Assembly: GCA_965218185.1 (NCBI GenBank)
Contig: CBDCKE010000003.1
Span: forward strand, 43,935-107,934
DNA: 64,000 nucleotides
DNA from: Flavipsychrobacter sp.
GTDB lineage: Bacteria > Bacteroidota > Bacteroidia > Chitinophagales > Chitinophagaceae
Direction: 5' to 3'
Under the pieces are notes generated by a model. The model searched no databases and was not told the origin of the DNA. It saw only the letters and a list, made by a program, of their open reading frames with translations. Shown here one piece after another: positions 1 to 9,022 of the stretch. The stretch's first letter is position 1. Each line of letters opens with the position of its first letter. The translations under genes were made by a program, and so were the position numbers.

Positions 1-596
1 AAGCCATCGTTTTTAAGGAGGTCGATAATGCGGCTGCGCTCCACATCCAACAGGCTCATGGAAAATGGTTTTCCTTTTGTGAGGACGGTTTCATCAGCAT
101 GTTTTTTCAGCAGGTTTTTGATGTCGTCATCATCCACCCGAAGCCTCGTTTCATTAATCTGATAATTAAAGCCCGCCTGAACATCATAAACCGGATAGGC
201 TTTTTTGCCTTTAAACTTCACGGTGTCGTCCACTTGTGCATAAAAATATCCCTGGTTAAACATGTAGCTGCGCATGTTTTCTTTGGAACGCGGAATGGTG
301 GAACTGTCAAAGATTACAGGCGGTTCCACCGTTTTTGATTTCAGTTGATAATTGGTGGAATCGTTGCTAAACTTTTTATAGCGGGCATTGTAGAAAATCA
401 GTTTAAAGGGAATGCCGAAAAAGCGGGTGTTAGGTTTTTGAACTACTAACTGCGAAAGGTTGTCTGTGTATTCACTTTTGTTTGGAATGGTGTATTCGGA
501 GTGGAGTTTTATGGTGTTGTTTTGAAGCAGGTATTGCCCTTCGGGAATGTTTTTAGTGATGTTGCAACCCGCAGATAGGAAAAGGGCAAACGCCAT
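1..596 (-). CDS. BamA/TamA-family outer-membrane protein, N-terminal part (gene runs off the left edge)
   Basis: Absent from the ORF track because it has no stop in the window. Manual reverse-strand translation from ATG 596..594 gives MAFALFLSAGCNITKNIPEGQYLLQNNTIKL...NQGYFYAQVDDTVKFKGKKAYPVYDVQAGFNYQINETRL and stays open to position 1. It has a lipoprotein-like LSAGC and POTRA-like segments. Confidence 0.5.
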   Translation of the reverse strand, partial: MAFALFLSAGCNITKNIPEGQYLLQNNTIKLHSEYTIPNKSEYTDNLSQLVVQKPNTRFFGIPFKLIFYNARYKKFSNDSTNYQLKSKTVEPPVIFDSSTIPRSKENMRSYMFNQGYFYAQVDDTVKFKGKKAYPVYDVQAGFNYQINETRLRVDDDDIKNLLKKHADETVLTKGKPFSMSLLDVERSRIIDLLKNDG

Positions 597-671
597 TAAA
601 AGCCAATGCTGCTGCGGCTTACAGGTTTTGAAGAAAAAAGGGATAATGCATTTAAGGTAGCTTTGCACGCT

Positions 672-1448
672 ATGTTTTCGAAGGCGCAAATTAAATACAT
701 TCAGTCGTTAGGGCACCGCAAAAGCCGCATGCAGGAGCAGGCATTTGTAGCCGAGGGGGAAAAGCTTGCTGCGGAATGGCTGCGCAATGCTGCCCCTGTT
801 TTAATGATTGTAGCGCTTGAAGATTGGGTGGCGGAAAACACGGTGCTGCTATCTAATCATCCGGAAGCGGCATTGCACATTGTGCCGGAGCATGTGCTGC
901 AAGCTGTTTCTTTTTTGAAAACGCCCAACAAGGTTTTGATAGTTAGTCCTATTCCTGCGGCATCTCCATCGCTTCCTGATTCAGGTTGGGTTTTAGCGTT
1001 GGATGAAATTCAGGATCCGGGGAACATGGGAACTATCATCCGCATTGCTGATTGGTTTGGGATTCAACATGTTGTTTGCTCGACTGACAGTGCCGATGTG
1101 TATAACCCAAAAGTGGTGCAAGCTGCCATGGGCGGGCATTTGCGGGTGAAGACGCACGTAGCAGATTTGGAAGATTTTTTGAAGAATGCACGTATTCCTG
1201 TGGTAGCAGCTACGCTTGAAGGCGGGTCTGTTTTTGAAGAAAAGCGACTAGAAGCAGCCATTCTTTTGATTGGAAATGAATCGAAAGGCATCAAACAATC
1301 GTTGCTGCAGTTTGCTTCAAAACACGTAACTATTCCGAAAAATGGCGGAGCAGAATCTTTAAATGCAGCAGTGTCGGCAGGTATTTTATGTGCCCTGCTT
1401 AAGCCGTTTCAGGAAGCAGCGCAAGGCGGAATTTATAGTGATAAATAA
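672..1448 (+). CDS. TrmH/SpoU-family RNA 2'-O-methyltransferase
   Basis: SpoU motifs DEIQDPGNMGTIIR, LIGNESKGI and IPKNGGAESLNAAVSAGI, plus an N-terminal substrate-binding-like KYIQSLGHRKSR. I prefer ATG 672 over track start 606, which would lie 10 nt from the divergent gene start at 596. Confidence 0.85.
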   Translation: MFSKAQIKYIQSLGHRKSRMQEQAFVAEGEKLAAEWLRNAAPVLMIVALEDWVAENTVLLSNHPEAALHIVPEHVLQAVSFLKTPNKVLIVSPIPAASPSLPDSGWVLALDEIQDPGNMGTIIRIADWFGIQHVVCSTDSADVYNPKVVQAAMGGHLRVKTHVADLEDFLKNARIPVVAATLEGGSVFEEKRLEAAILLIGNESKGIKQSLLQFASKHVTIPKNGGAESLNAAVSAGILCALLKPFQEAAQGGIYSDK

Positions 1449-1995
1449 CGGCAGTAAACCGCCCAATCATAGCGCCAATAAGCCCTCCTAAAATCACATC
1501 AAGTGGGAAATGGACGCCTACGTAAACCTGTGCGTAGCTCACTATTGCAGCCCAAAGCATGGCAATCCACCAGATGCCTTTTACAAACCGCTTCATGGTG
1601 ACGGCACTGAAAACTGCCAGTGCAAAATGGTTGGAAGCATGGGAAGATGGGAAACTGTAACCGCTTCCGCAAGGCACTAAAAGGTGCACATACGCATCCA
1701 GTTTTGGATTGTTACAGGGGCGCACGCGCTGGAAAATTTCTTTTAGGAAATGGGCACTCACCTGGTCTGAAATGGCGAAAGTGAGCAGAAAAAAAAGACA
1801 CCAGATTAATCCGTTTTTAGCGCCGAAATTCTGAAGCATCAGCACCAGCAAAAAAAGGTAAAGCGGCACCCACGTCCATTGATTTCTGAAGAAAGGAATG
1901 ATGGCATCAAGCGTGTCGTTGCGCCACACGGAATTGATGAAATACCACAGGTTGTAATCGAACCAAAGAAACCACTCGTGCAAGGTTTGCAGCAT
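1399..1995 (-). CDS. PAP2-superfamily phosphatase (membrane)
   Basis: Multi-pass hydrophobic protein with PAP2 motifs KEIFQRVRP, SFPSSHASN and GVHFPLDV. Confidence 0.85.
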   Translation of the reverse strand: MLQTLHEWFLWFDYNLWYFINSVWRNDTLDAIIPFFRNQWTWVPLYLFLLVLMLQNFGAKNGLIWCLFFLLTFAISDQVSAHFLKEIFQRVRPCNNPKLDAYVHLLVPCGSGYSFPSSHASNHFALAVFSAVTMKRFVKGIWWIAMLWAAIVSYAQVYVGVHFPLDVILGGLIGAMIGRFTAVIYHYKFRLALLPETA

Positions 1996-1998
1996 CTT

Positions 1999-2739
1999 TT
2001 AGTTTTTAAAAACCATAATCATTCGCGGGGAATTTTCCGGGTTGTAAGCATTTAGCTGGTAATCTCCGAACGTATGTTCCAGCTTTAAACCTGTTGCCTC
2101 AAACATGCGTATAAAATCCGGAAGCTCAAAAGCAGCAACGCTTTCCGTGAAATGGCGCTCGCGTCCCGCGGTGTCAACAAACTGAATGTGCTTCAAAAAA
2201 TGCCCGTCTTTTAATTCCCTGCGGATGTGGAATTTCAATGTGCCTTTGTCAATCATTTCTTCCGCAACCAGGGCATTTACTGCCGGTATTTTATTGAGGT
2301 AATCCATTACGAGTGTGCCCTCTTTTTTTAGCGCTTTCGCGAATGATTTTGCAGCCGTTTCATTATCTCTTTGCGTAGCAAAATATCCGAAGGAAGTAAA
2401 AAAATTGAAGGCAAAATCAAAATAGCGGATGTAAAAAGGATAGCGCATATCGTGCACCAAAAAGTGGAGATTTTCTGCCTCGTGGTGTAAGGCTTTTTCA
2501 ATGCTGGCGTAGGAAAGGTCTATTCCGGTAACATCAAAACCATGGGCGGCAAGCTGAATGGCAAATCGTCCTTCGCCACAGGCAATATCCAGCATTTTAC
2601 TTCCGGCAGCAGGGTGTAGAAAAGCGATTAAATTTTCGACAAAAACCTGTGCTTCTGCCTGGTCGCGGTTTTGATAAAGAATAGGGTAGTAAGGGGATCC
2701 GAACCAGCTTTCAAACCAATCGACCTGTGTCTGCTGCAT
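1999..2739 (-). CDS. Class I SAM-dependent methyltransferase
   Basis: Motif I LDIACGEGRFA followed by GIDLS. It lies 3 nt upstream of the PAP2 gene on the same strand. Confidence 0.85.
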   Translation of the reverse strand: MQQTQVDWFESWFGSPYYPILYQNRDQAEAQVFVENLIAFLHPAAGSKMLDIACGEGRFAIQLAAHGFDVTGIDLSYASIEKALHHEAENLHFLVHDMRYPFYIRYFDFAFNFFTSFGYFATQRDNETAAKSFAKALKKEGTLVMDYLNKIPAVNALVAEEMIDKGTLKFHIRRELKDGHFLKHIQFVDTAGRERHFTESVAAFELPDFIRMFEATGLKLEHTFGDYQLNAYNPENSPRMIMVFKN

Positions 2740-2803
2740 GGGGGCAAATTTAGTTGTTGGCTTCAGTTGTGGCGGATGGTGCGTGATTTTGGAAAACCAA
2801 AAA

Positions 2804-3436
2804 TTATTTCCAGCGGATAACTTCTTTTTCAGCCACTACGTAAATATGTTTCCAGCTTTTTATTTCCAGATTAAACGTTCCGGTGAAAGATCCGAAAGCT
2901 GGCAAAATCATTCTTGTTTCTTCCTCCGCAAAGCAGCAAAGTTTCAGGCTTTGATGACCCTTTCCCGTAAGCCGCACGCTTGGGTGTACATGCCCGTGGA
3001 TCACGAAATGCGCATTTTCGATGGCATCATGCGCAAAGCAAAATGGTTCCATTTCCAGGCAGGTGGGGTGATGTTGCAAATCGAAACCATCGTATTGAGC
3101 ACGGGGTAAAATGTCGTGGTTGCCCATCACCAAATCAATGTGCAAACCTGCATGGCTGGTTCTGAAGTGCTTAAAAGTTTCTACCTGCTTGTTGCTTCGC
3201 GAATGGAATAAATCGCCTGCTATCACTAACCGCTCTGCTTTTAAAATTCGGATTAAGGCAGCAAGTTTCATTTCATCACCGGTTTGTGACGCATTCGGGA
3301 TGGCAATGCCGTTTTTTCTGAAATGGGCTGTTTTGCCCCAATGCAAATCTGCAACTACAAGTGTTTTCTGAGCTTCCCACCACAACGCTTTTTCGGGCAA
3401 AAGGCAAAGTTTTTCTCCGCGAATTTCAATCTCCAT
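2804..3436 (-). CDS. pdeM: Ligase-associated DNA damage response metallophosphoesterase PdeM-like
   Basis: Calcineurin-like motifs ADLHWGK, GDLFHS, GNHD and GHVHP. Size and N-terminus (LLPEKALWW) match my recollection of PdeM. Confidence 0.7.
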   Translation of the reverse strand: MEIEIRGEKLCLLPEKALWWEAQKTLVVADLHWGKTAHFRKNGIAIPNASQTGDEMKLAALIRILKAERLVIAGDLFHSRSNKQVETFKHFRTSHAGLHIDLVMGNHDILPRAQYDGFDLQHHPTCLEMEPFCFAHDAIENAHFVIHGHVHPSVRLTGKGHQSLKLCCFAEEETRMILPAFGSFTGTFNLEIKSWKHIYVVAEKEVIRWK

Positions 3437-3531
3437 GAGCCGCGAAATTATTGTCCAAAGCGCCTTAACATACTGCTACCATTTTTTGGAGCGCTTTTTT
3501 AAGATAGCTTGTTTCACTAAAAACGGAAGTC

Positions 3532-3747
3532 ATGAAAATGAAAATCATTGCCGCTGCCTTGCTGGTGTTTTTTACGCTCGGATCTGTACAGGCAGATGCT
3601 CAAGGGCATCACAGAAAGAAAAAACACAAACGCCATCACAAACGTGGATACTATCATCGTCATCGTGCTCCGCATCCACCGCGTGCACACGCTTTGCCAC
3701 CACGGCCACCGTTGCCGCCAAAGCCGCCTTTGCCTCCGCATCCATAA
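3532..3747 (+). CDS. Small secreted His/Arg/Lys/Pro-rich peptide (71 aa)
   Basis: Clear signal peptide MKMKIIAAALLVFFTLGSVQADA, then GHHRKKKHKRHHKRGYYHRHRAPHPPRAHALPPRPPLPPKPPLPPHP. A hairpin terminator follows directly. The other frames over this region lack any such features. Confidence 0.55.
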   Translation: MKMKIIAAALLVFFTLGSVQADAQGHHRKKKHKRHHKRGYYHRHRAPHPPRAHALPPRPPLPPKPPLPPHP

Positions 3748-3762
3748 GCTCGTAATAATGGA

Positions 3763-3796
3763 ACTGCCTTTTGATTTTTCGAAGGCAGTTTTTTTA
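3763..3796 (+). terminator. Rho-independent terminator after the small peptide gene
   Basis: Stem actgcctt / aaggcagt with an 11-nt loop, followed by a T7 run. Confidence 0.7.
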
Positions 3797-3859
3797 TGTT
3801 GTTGAAAATGCCAAAAGTGAAAACCTACCGATTCATTTCTTCCTTTCCTTTAAAAAATC

Positions 3860-3867
3860 TACTTTTG
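3860..3867 (+). promoter_or_regulatory. Bacteroidota-type -7 box (TACTTTTG) upstream of atpG
   Basis: Exact match to the TAnnTTTG consensus, 27 nt before the atpG ATG. No clear -33 TTTG is present. Confidence 0.45.
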
Positions 3868-3893
3868 CGCGCGGTCTAAAAAACCTATTTTGA

Positions 3894-4781
3894 ATGTCAG
3901 GACAGCTTAAAGAAGTACGCACGCGGATTAAATCCGTAATCTCTACCCAACAAATTACCAAAGCCATGAAAATGGTGAGTGCAGCCAAACTCCGCCGTGC
4001 TCAGGATGCCATTGTGCAGATGCGCCCCTATACGCAAAAACTACAGGAAATGCTTTCCAACATCGTGAGCGCAGCAGCCTCCGACATGCATTTGCCACTC
4101 GCTGAAGAACGCCCCGCAGAGCGCGTTTTAATGATTCCGATAACTTCTGACCGGGGTCTTGCTGGCGCTTACAACACCAATATCATTAAGCTGACGCGTG
4201 ACACGATTGAGAAAAAATACAGCACAGCAAAAGACAAAGGAAACGTAACCATTCTGCCCCTTGGTAAAAAAGCCTACGAGTATTTTCTGCGCAATAATTA
4301 CAAGGTGATAGATGATTACTGGACTGTTTTTGCAGACCTTTCTTTTGAACACGTAAAGCACGCAGCGCAATATGCACAACAAGCTTTTTTAAACAAGGAA
4401 TATGACCGGGTGGAATTGGTGTACAGTCAGTTTTTAAATGCTGCCACACAGGTTTTCGTAGCGGAGCCTTATTTACCTATTCCGCAAATTATTCCAGCAG
4501 GCGATTCTAAAAAACAACTTGATTTCATTTTTGAGCCTACCAAAGAAGTGTTGCTGACGGAGCTGATGCCTAAAATTTTAAACACGCAGGTTTTTAAAGC
4601 CGTGCTTGATGCCAATGCTTCAGAACATGGAGCGCGCATGACGGCGATGGATAAAGCCAGCGAAAATGCCAACGAATTATTACGCGATTTGCGGATTTCT
4701 TACAACCGCGCAAGACAGGCTGCCATCACTACGGAACTTACAGAAATTGTTAGCGGCGCTGCAGCTTTGCAGGCAGGTTAA
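3894..4781 (+). CDS. atpG: F0F1 ATP synthase subunit gamma
   Basis: MSGQLKEVRTRIKSVISTQQITKAMKMVSAAKLRRAQ at the N-terminus and ARQAAITTELTEIVSGAAAL at the C-terminus are canonical AtpG sequences. Confidence 0.95.
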   Translation: MSGQLKEVRTRIKSVISTQQITKAMKMVSAAKLRRAQDAIVQMRPYTQKLQEMLSNIVSAAASDMHLPLAEERPAERVLMIPITSDRGLAGAYNTNIIKLTRDTIEKKYSTAKDKGNVTILPLGKKAYEYFLRNNYKVIDDYWTVFADLSFEHVKHAAQYAQQAFLNKEYDRVELVYSQFLNAATQVFVAEPYLPIPQIIPAGDSKKQLDFIFEPTKEVLLTELMPKILNTQVFKAVLDANASEHGARMTAMDKASENANELLRDLRISYNRARQAAITTELTEIVSGAAALQAG

Positions 4782-4808
4782 TTGTTTGGATAGAATGCTT
4801 ATTTTAAA

Positions 4809-4848
4809 AGCCGTTGTTCCGCAAGTGCAACGGCTTTCGTAATTTTAG
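4809..4848 (+). terminator. Probable terminator after atpG
   Basis: Stem agccgttg / caacggct followed by a T-rich tract (ttcgtaatttt). The T-run is interrupted. Confidence 0.45.
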
Positions 4849-4875
4849 AACTTCCCCCTCCCAAAATAATTTTTA

Positions 4876-6750
4876 ATGAAGAAGTACCCGGTTTTATTTC
4901 TCGTTTTTAGTCTTTTCATCCTCCAGGCAAATGCGCAATCTTCCAAACCTAAACGAGGCGCTGTTCCTTTGTCAGCCACAGCAGTGCTTTCAGCAGAAGA
5001 TAAAAAGTATGACGCGCAGGTTTTTAATGTAGAAGCGCCTGAACCGGATGCAGCCGCAGAGCAGCTTAAATTGATGGAGATTAAGAAAGAGTCTGCAAAA
5101 CGTTTTCCGCACCGCGCCTCCAACAGTCAAAAAAAAACGACACAAGCAGGGATGCCGGTATTGATTAGAGGTTATGCTTCTGATACTGCAACCGGCGTTC
5201 CTCCTGATAACCATTATGCTGTGGGCAATAACAATGTGGCACTTTCCGTAGTTAATTCAAGCATTACTTCCATTGATGTGGGGAGCGGAAACATAAATTA
5301 TACTGCATCTCTTTTTTCTTTTACAAAAAGTGTAGGGCTTAATAACACGCCCGGAAACCAGGGTAATTACCGTTTTGATCCAAAGATTATTTATGATCAG
5401 GAAGCCAATCGTTTTATACTGATTGTGCTGAACGGCGTGAACGGAAACAACTATATCGTGGTAGGTTTTTCTCAGACAAATAACCCTGACAGTGCCTGGG
5501 CTTTCTACAAGTTTTATGGTAATTATGATAATGACGCGACCTGGTTTGATTATCCAACTGTTGCCATCACCAAAGATGAATTGTTTGTGACCGGAAATAA
5601 AATACAGTTCAATGGCTCCTGGCAATTAGGTTTCAGCAAGTCTGTGATTTATCAGATCCGCAAACAGGATGGTTACACCGCCGCGCCGCTTTTAAATTTT
5701 CAGCTTTGGGACAGCACTTATTTTAATGGAGCGCCACTACGCAATTTGTTTCCCGTGAAAGGTGGTGCAGATTTAAAAGGTCCTTCTCAATATTTTTTAT
5801 CGAACCGGAATTTTGCTGTTCAGAACGACACCATTTTTTTGGTGAAGCTGCCCGATACAATTGGAAGTGCAAACACAAATCTTACCGTCACACCCCTTAT
5901 TGCATCGCTTCCTTATGGTGTGCCGCCAGAGGGCAGGCAAAAACCTTTAGCCGGAATTAATCCGCTGGCAACAAATGACGGACGGATATTGGGAGCGTAC
6001 ATAGAAGGTAACGAAATTCAGTTTGTAAGCGCTTCTGTGAATCCTGCCAATGGCGCGTCCGGCTTGTATCACGGGGTGATAAGTACGGTAAATACAAACC
6101 CTACGGTGCAGGCAAATTTATTTTCTGTTGACACGCTTGATGTTGGTTATCCCAATCTTTCCCACACCGGAAAAGACGCCGGTAAAAACACGTCCATAAT
6201 TTCTTTCGACTACAGCGGACCGAATGATTATCCCGGCTTTGGTGCACTTTATTATGATGGCTCACAGCTTTCAGATATGCTGCGGGTAAAAGAGGGCGAC
6301 AGCGTTTTATTTGTGCAAACGGACCCAACACAACGTTGGGGAGATTATTCTGGGTCGCAACCTGCATGGAGCACATCAGGAACTGTTTGGGCATCCGGAA
6401 TTTTTGGAAGAAAGAACCAGCAATATGGTATTTATGCAGCAAAAATCGGCAAACCTGGTAGCGTTAATATCTCTACACCGGAAAGTTCAAATGCAACTTC
6501 AGTAAAAGTTTATCCTAATCCAGCAAGTGAATTAATACGCATTGCTTTTGAGTGTAAGAAAGCAGCCACTGTGAGCTTCGTTGTGTATGATTTGCAAGGG
6601 AAATTAGTTGCTCAAATTTTGGAAGAAAATTGCAGGGAAGGTGATAATATTTTGCAGTTGAACATTGCCTCTTTTGCCCCCGGAGCTTACATTTTGAAAG
6701 GATTTACCGACAAGGAAAATATTGTAGCTCACCGGTTTGTAAAGCAATAA
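4876..6750 (+). CDS. Secreted protein with T9SS type-A C-terminal sorting domain
   Basis: Signal peptide MKKYPVLFLVFSLFILQANAQ and a C-terminal VKVYPNPASELIRIAF...GAYILKGF motif typical of Por/T9SS sorting domains. Confidence 0.8.
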   Translation: MKKYPVLFLVFSLFILQANAQSSKPKRGAVPLSATAVLSAEDKKYDAQVFNVEAPEPDAAAEQLKLMEIKKESAKRFPHRASNSQKKTTQAGMPVLIRGYASDTATGVPPDNHYAVGNNNVALSVVNSSITSIDVGSGNINYTASLFSFTKSVGLNNTPGNQGNYRFDPKIIYDQEANRFILIVLNGVNGNNYIVVGFSQTNNPDSAWAFYKFYGNYDNDATWFDYPTVAITKDELFVTGNKIQFNGSWQLGFSKSVIYQIRKQDGYTAAPLLNFQLWDSTYFNGAPLRNLFPVKGGADLKGPSQYFLSNRNFAVQNDTIFLVKLPDTIGSANTNLTVTPLIASLPYGVPPEGRQKPLAGINPLATNDGRILGAYIEGNEIQFVSASVNPANGASGLYHGVISTVNTNPTVQANLFSVDTLDVGYPNLSHTGKDAGKNTSIISFDYSGPNDYPGFGALYYDGSQLSDMLRVKEGDSVLFVQTDPTQRWGDYSGSQPAWSTSGTVWASGIFGRKNQQYGIYAAKIGKPGSVNISTPESSNATSVKVYPNPASELIRIAFECKKAATVSFVVYDLQGKLVAQILEENCREGDNILQLNIASFAPGAYILKGFTDKENIVAHRFVKQ

Positions 6751-6788
6751 AGAAAGCCGCTGGAAATTTCTTTTCGCCCTAATTTTTC

Positions 6789-8030
6789 ATGCAGTTCTTA
6801 TTCAATCTTACGCTTGCTTTCAGGGCACTGAAAAATAACAGGCTGCGTTCCATCCTCACCATATCTATTATAGCACTGGGGTTGTGGGCTTTAATTGGCA
6901 TTCTTACCTGCATTGAAGTATTGAAAGCGAGCGTGAATTCCAACTTCAGCAGTTTGGGTTCTAACTCTTTTCAGATCACAAGCGAAGTCGTAAAAAAGAA
7001 AAGAAGAGGAGGAAACGTGAGCATTTCAAGCTCAGAAGGAAAGTCCATTTCTTTTGATGAAGCCACCCAATTTAAAGAGCGTTTTTCTTTTCCCGCCACC
7101 GTTGGATTATCTACCACAGGTTCCGGCATTGCAACCGTAAAAGCAGGCTCTGAAAAAACAAATCCCAATGTGCGCACGGTGGGCGTAGATGCGCAGTATC
7201 TTTTACTTACCGACACCAAACTGGATGCAGGAAGAAATTTTTCCAGACAGGAACTTCTGGACGGAAGCTATGTGTGCATTATCGGACATGGCGTAGCCCG
7301 TAAAATCTTCAAATCGAAATACAGAAGCGCTGTTGATAAAATGGTGTCCGTAGGCGACGTAAAATATCGGGTGATTGGCGTGAGCGAAAGCAAAGGAGGA
7401 AGCATGATTATGAACGCCGACAATACGGTTTTAATTCCCCTGGAAAATGCAAGAGCCGTTTATGGAGGAGGAAATAGCGTGGTTATTTCAGTGATGGTGA
7501 AGGACGTTAATCAGAAAGCAATTGCTGCAGAAGAAGCGGAAGGGATTTTCAGAATTATCAGAAAACAAAGGTTGGGAACGGAAAATAATTTCTCCATAAA
7601 TCAAAATGATACGCTTGCTGCTTCGCTGCTTGATATTGTGCAGTATATCGGCTGGGCGGCTTTGCTTATTGGCATAATTACCCTGCTTGGTTCCGTGATT
7701 GGATTGATGAACATCATGCTGGTTTCTGTGGCTGAAAGAACCCGTGAAATAGGCATCAGCAAAGCCCTTGGCGCCCGTTCGGCAACCATCCAAAAGCAGT
7801 TTTTAACGGAGTCTGTTTTGATAAGTCTTGTGGGTGGATGTACCGGTATTTTAATCGGAATTCTTACCGGTAATTTATTAGGTCTTGCTTTCGATTCCGG
7901 CTTCATTATTCCCTGGATGTGGATAGGCATCGGCATTAGTTTATGTGCGGCGGTGGGCATTATTTCCGGCATTTATCCCGCACTAAAGGCTTCCCGACTT
8001 GATCCGATTGTTGCGCTTCGCTATGAATAA
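6789..8030 (+). CDS. ABC transporter permease, MacB/FtsX family
   Basis: N-terminal TM helix, a large periplasmic domain, and a C-terminal FtsX domain with ERTREIGISKALGA and GIYPALKASRLDPIVALRYE. Confidence 0.9.
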   Translation: MQFLFNLTLAFRALKNNRLRSILTISIIALGLWALIGILTCIEVLKASVNSNFSSLGSNSFQITSEVVKKKRRGGNVSISSSEGKSISFDEATQFKERFSFPATVGLSTTGSGIATVKAGSEKTNPNVRTVGVDAQYLLLTDTKLDAGRNFSRQELLDGSYVCIIGHGVARKIFKSKYRSAVDKMVSVGDVKYRVIGVSESKGGSMIMNADNTVLIPLENARAVYGGGNSVVISVMVKDVNQKAIAAEEAEGIFRIIRKQRLGTENNFSINQNDTLAASLLDIVQYIGWAALLIGIITLLGSVIGLMNIMLVSVAERTREIGISKALGARSATIQKQFLTESVLISLVGGCTGILIGILTGNLLGLAFDSGFIIPWMWIGIGISLCAAVGIISGIYPALKASRLDPIVALRYE

Positions 8031-8060
8031 TAAAGGTGCCCGATGGATTAACTTGCGGGC

Positions 8061-8987
8061 GTGCAGGGTATCGTTTATAAATCCACCGGAAGCTGGTATC
8101 AGGTGAAAGATGAGCAGGGAAACATGCGCAGTGCGCGCATTAAAGGCAAGCTGAAAATTGATGATGAAATCAGCTCCACAAATCCGATTGCCGTAGGCGA
8201 TAAAGTTATTTTTGATGAGGAAGCAGGGGCGGAAGAACAAGGCATTATTAAAGACATTGCGCCCCGCGAAAACTACATCATCCGCATATCGCCGCACAAT
8301 AAAAATCAACGCCACATTGTAGCTGCCAATATCAGTCTCGCTTTGGTTATGGCTTCCATCCAGTCGCCGCGCACTTCTCCTTCTTTTGTAGATCGGTTTT
8401 TAGTTACTGCCGAAGCGTATCACATCCCTGCTATTGTGGTGATTAATAAAGTGGATCTGCTGAAAGAAAAGCAACAAAAAGTATTGGACAGGTGGCGCAA
8501 AATGTGGAATGACGCGGGTTACGAAGTGTTTGAAGTATCTGCAAATAATTCGGAAACTTTAGCGCTGCTGCATGAGAAAATCAAAAACAAAATCACCCTT
8601 TTTACCGGTCATTCAGGTGTAGGAAAAAGCACGATGATTAATCACTTTATTCCCGATGCCGATCTCAAAACAAAACAGGTTTCAAACTGGAGCGGAAAAG
8701 GACAGCACACCACCACATTTGCGGAGATGTTTGACTTGCCCGGAGGCGGTAGCATCATTGATACACCAGGCGTAAAAGAGTTTGGACTGATGGATATTGA
8801 ACGGGAAGAATTAGCGCAGTATTTTCCTGAAATGAAAGCACTTTTGCCCGATTGTAAATTCAATAACTGCGCACACATTAATGAACCGGGTTGCGCCGTG
8901 AAAGCCGCGCTGGAAGCGGGAAACCTGTCTGCTGCACGTTATGAAAGCTATTGCGCCATTCTGGAAACCATTGAAAAGGAATGGTGA
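8061..8987 (+). CDS. rsgA: Ribosome small-subunit-dependent GTPase A
   Basis: Circularly permuted GTPase motifs INKVDL and GHSGVGKST, plus the zinc cluster CKFNNCAHINEPGCAV. GTG start. Confidence 0.92.
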   Translation: MQGIVYKSTGSWYQVKDEQGNMRSARIKGKLKIDDEISSTNPIAVGDKVIFDEEAGAEEQGIIKDIAPRENYIIRISPHNKNQRHIVAANISLALVMASIQSPRTSPSFVDRFLVTAEAYHIPAIVVINKVDLLKEKQQKVLDRWRKMWNDAGYEVFEVSANNSETLALLHEKIKNKITLFTGHSGVGKSTMINHFIPDADLKTKQVSNWSGKGQHTTTFAEMFDLPGGGSIIDTPGVKEFGLMDIEREELAQYFPEMKALLPDCKFNNCAHINEPGCAVKAALEAGNLSAARYESYCAILETIEKEW

Positions 8988-9022
8988 TTTTTGGAACCGA
9001 AAATTTTTTTAAAAAAGCATCG

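Noticed and set aside
1399-1448. 50-nt convergent overlap between the TrmH-family and PAP2 genes as a possible antisense regulatory arrangement.
   Set aside because: It is probably just extended ORF ends. Both C-terminal tails are unconserved-looking, and nothing else suggests regulation.
3435-3805. Alternative overlapping ORFs (3435..3755, 3548..3805, 3517..3741) at the small-peptide locus.
   Set aside because: None has a signal peptide or any recognisable feature. Only frame 3532..3747 has a canonical Sec signal and ends just before the terminator. This is still only moderately certain.
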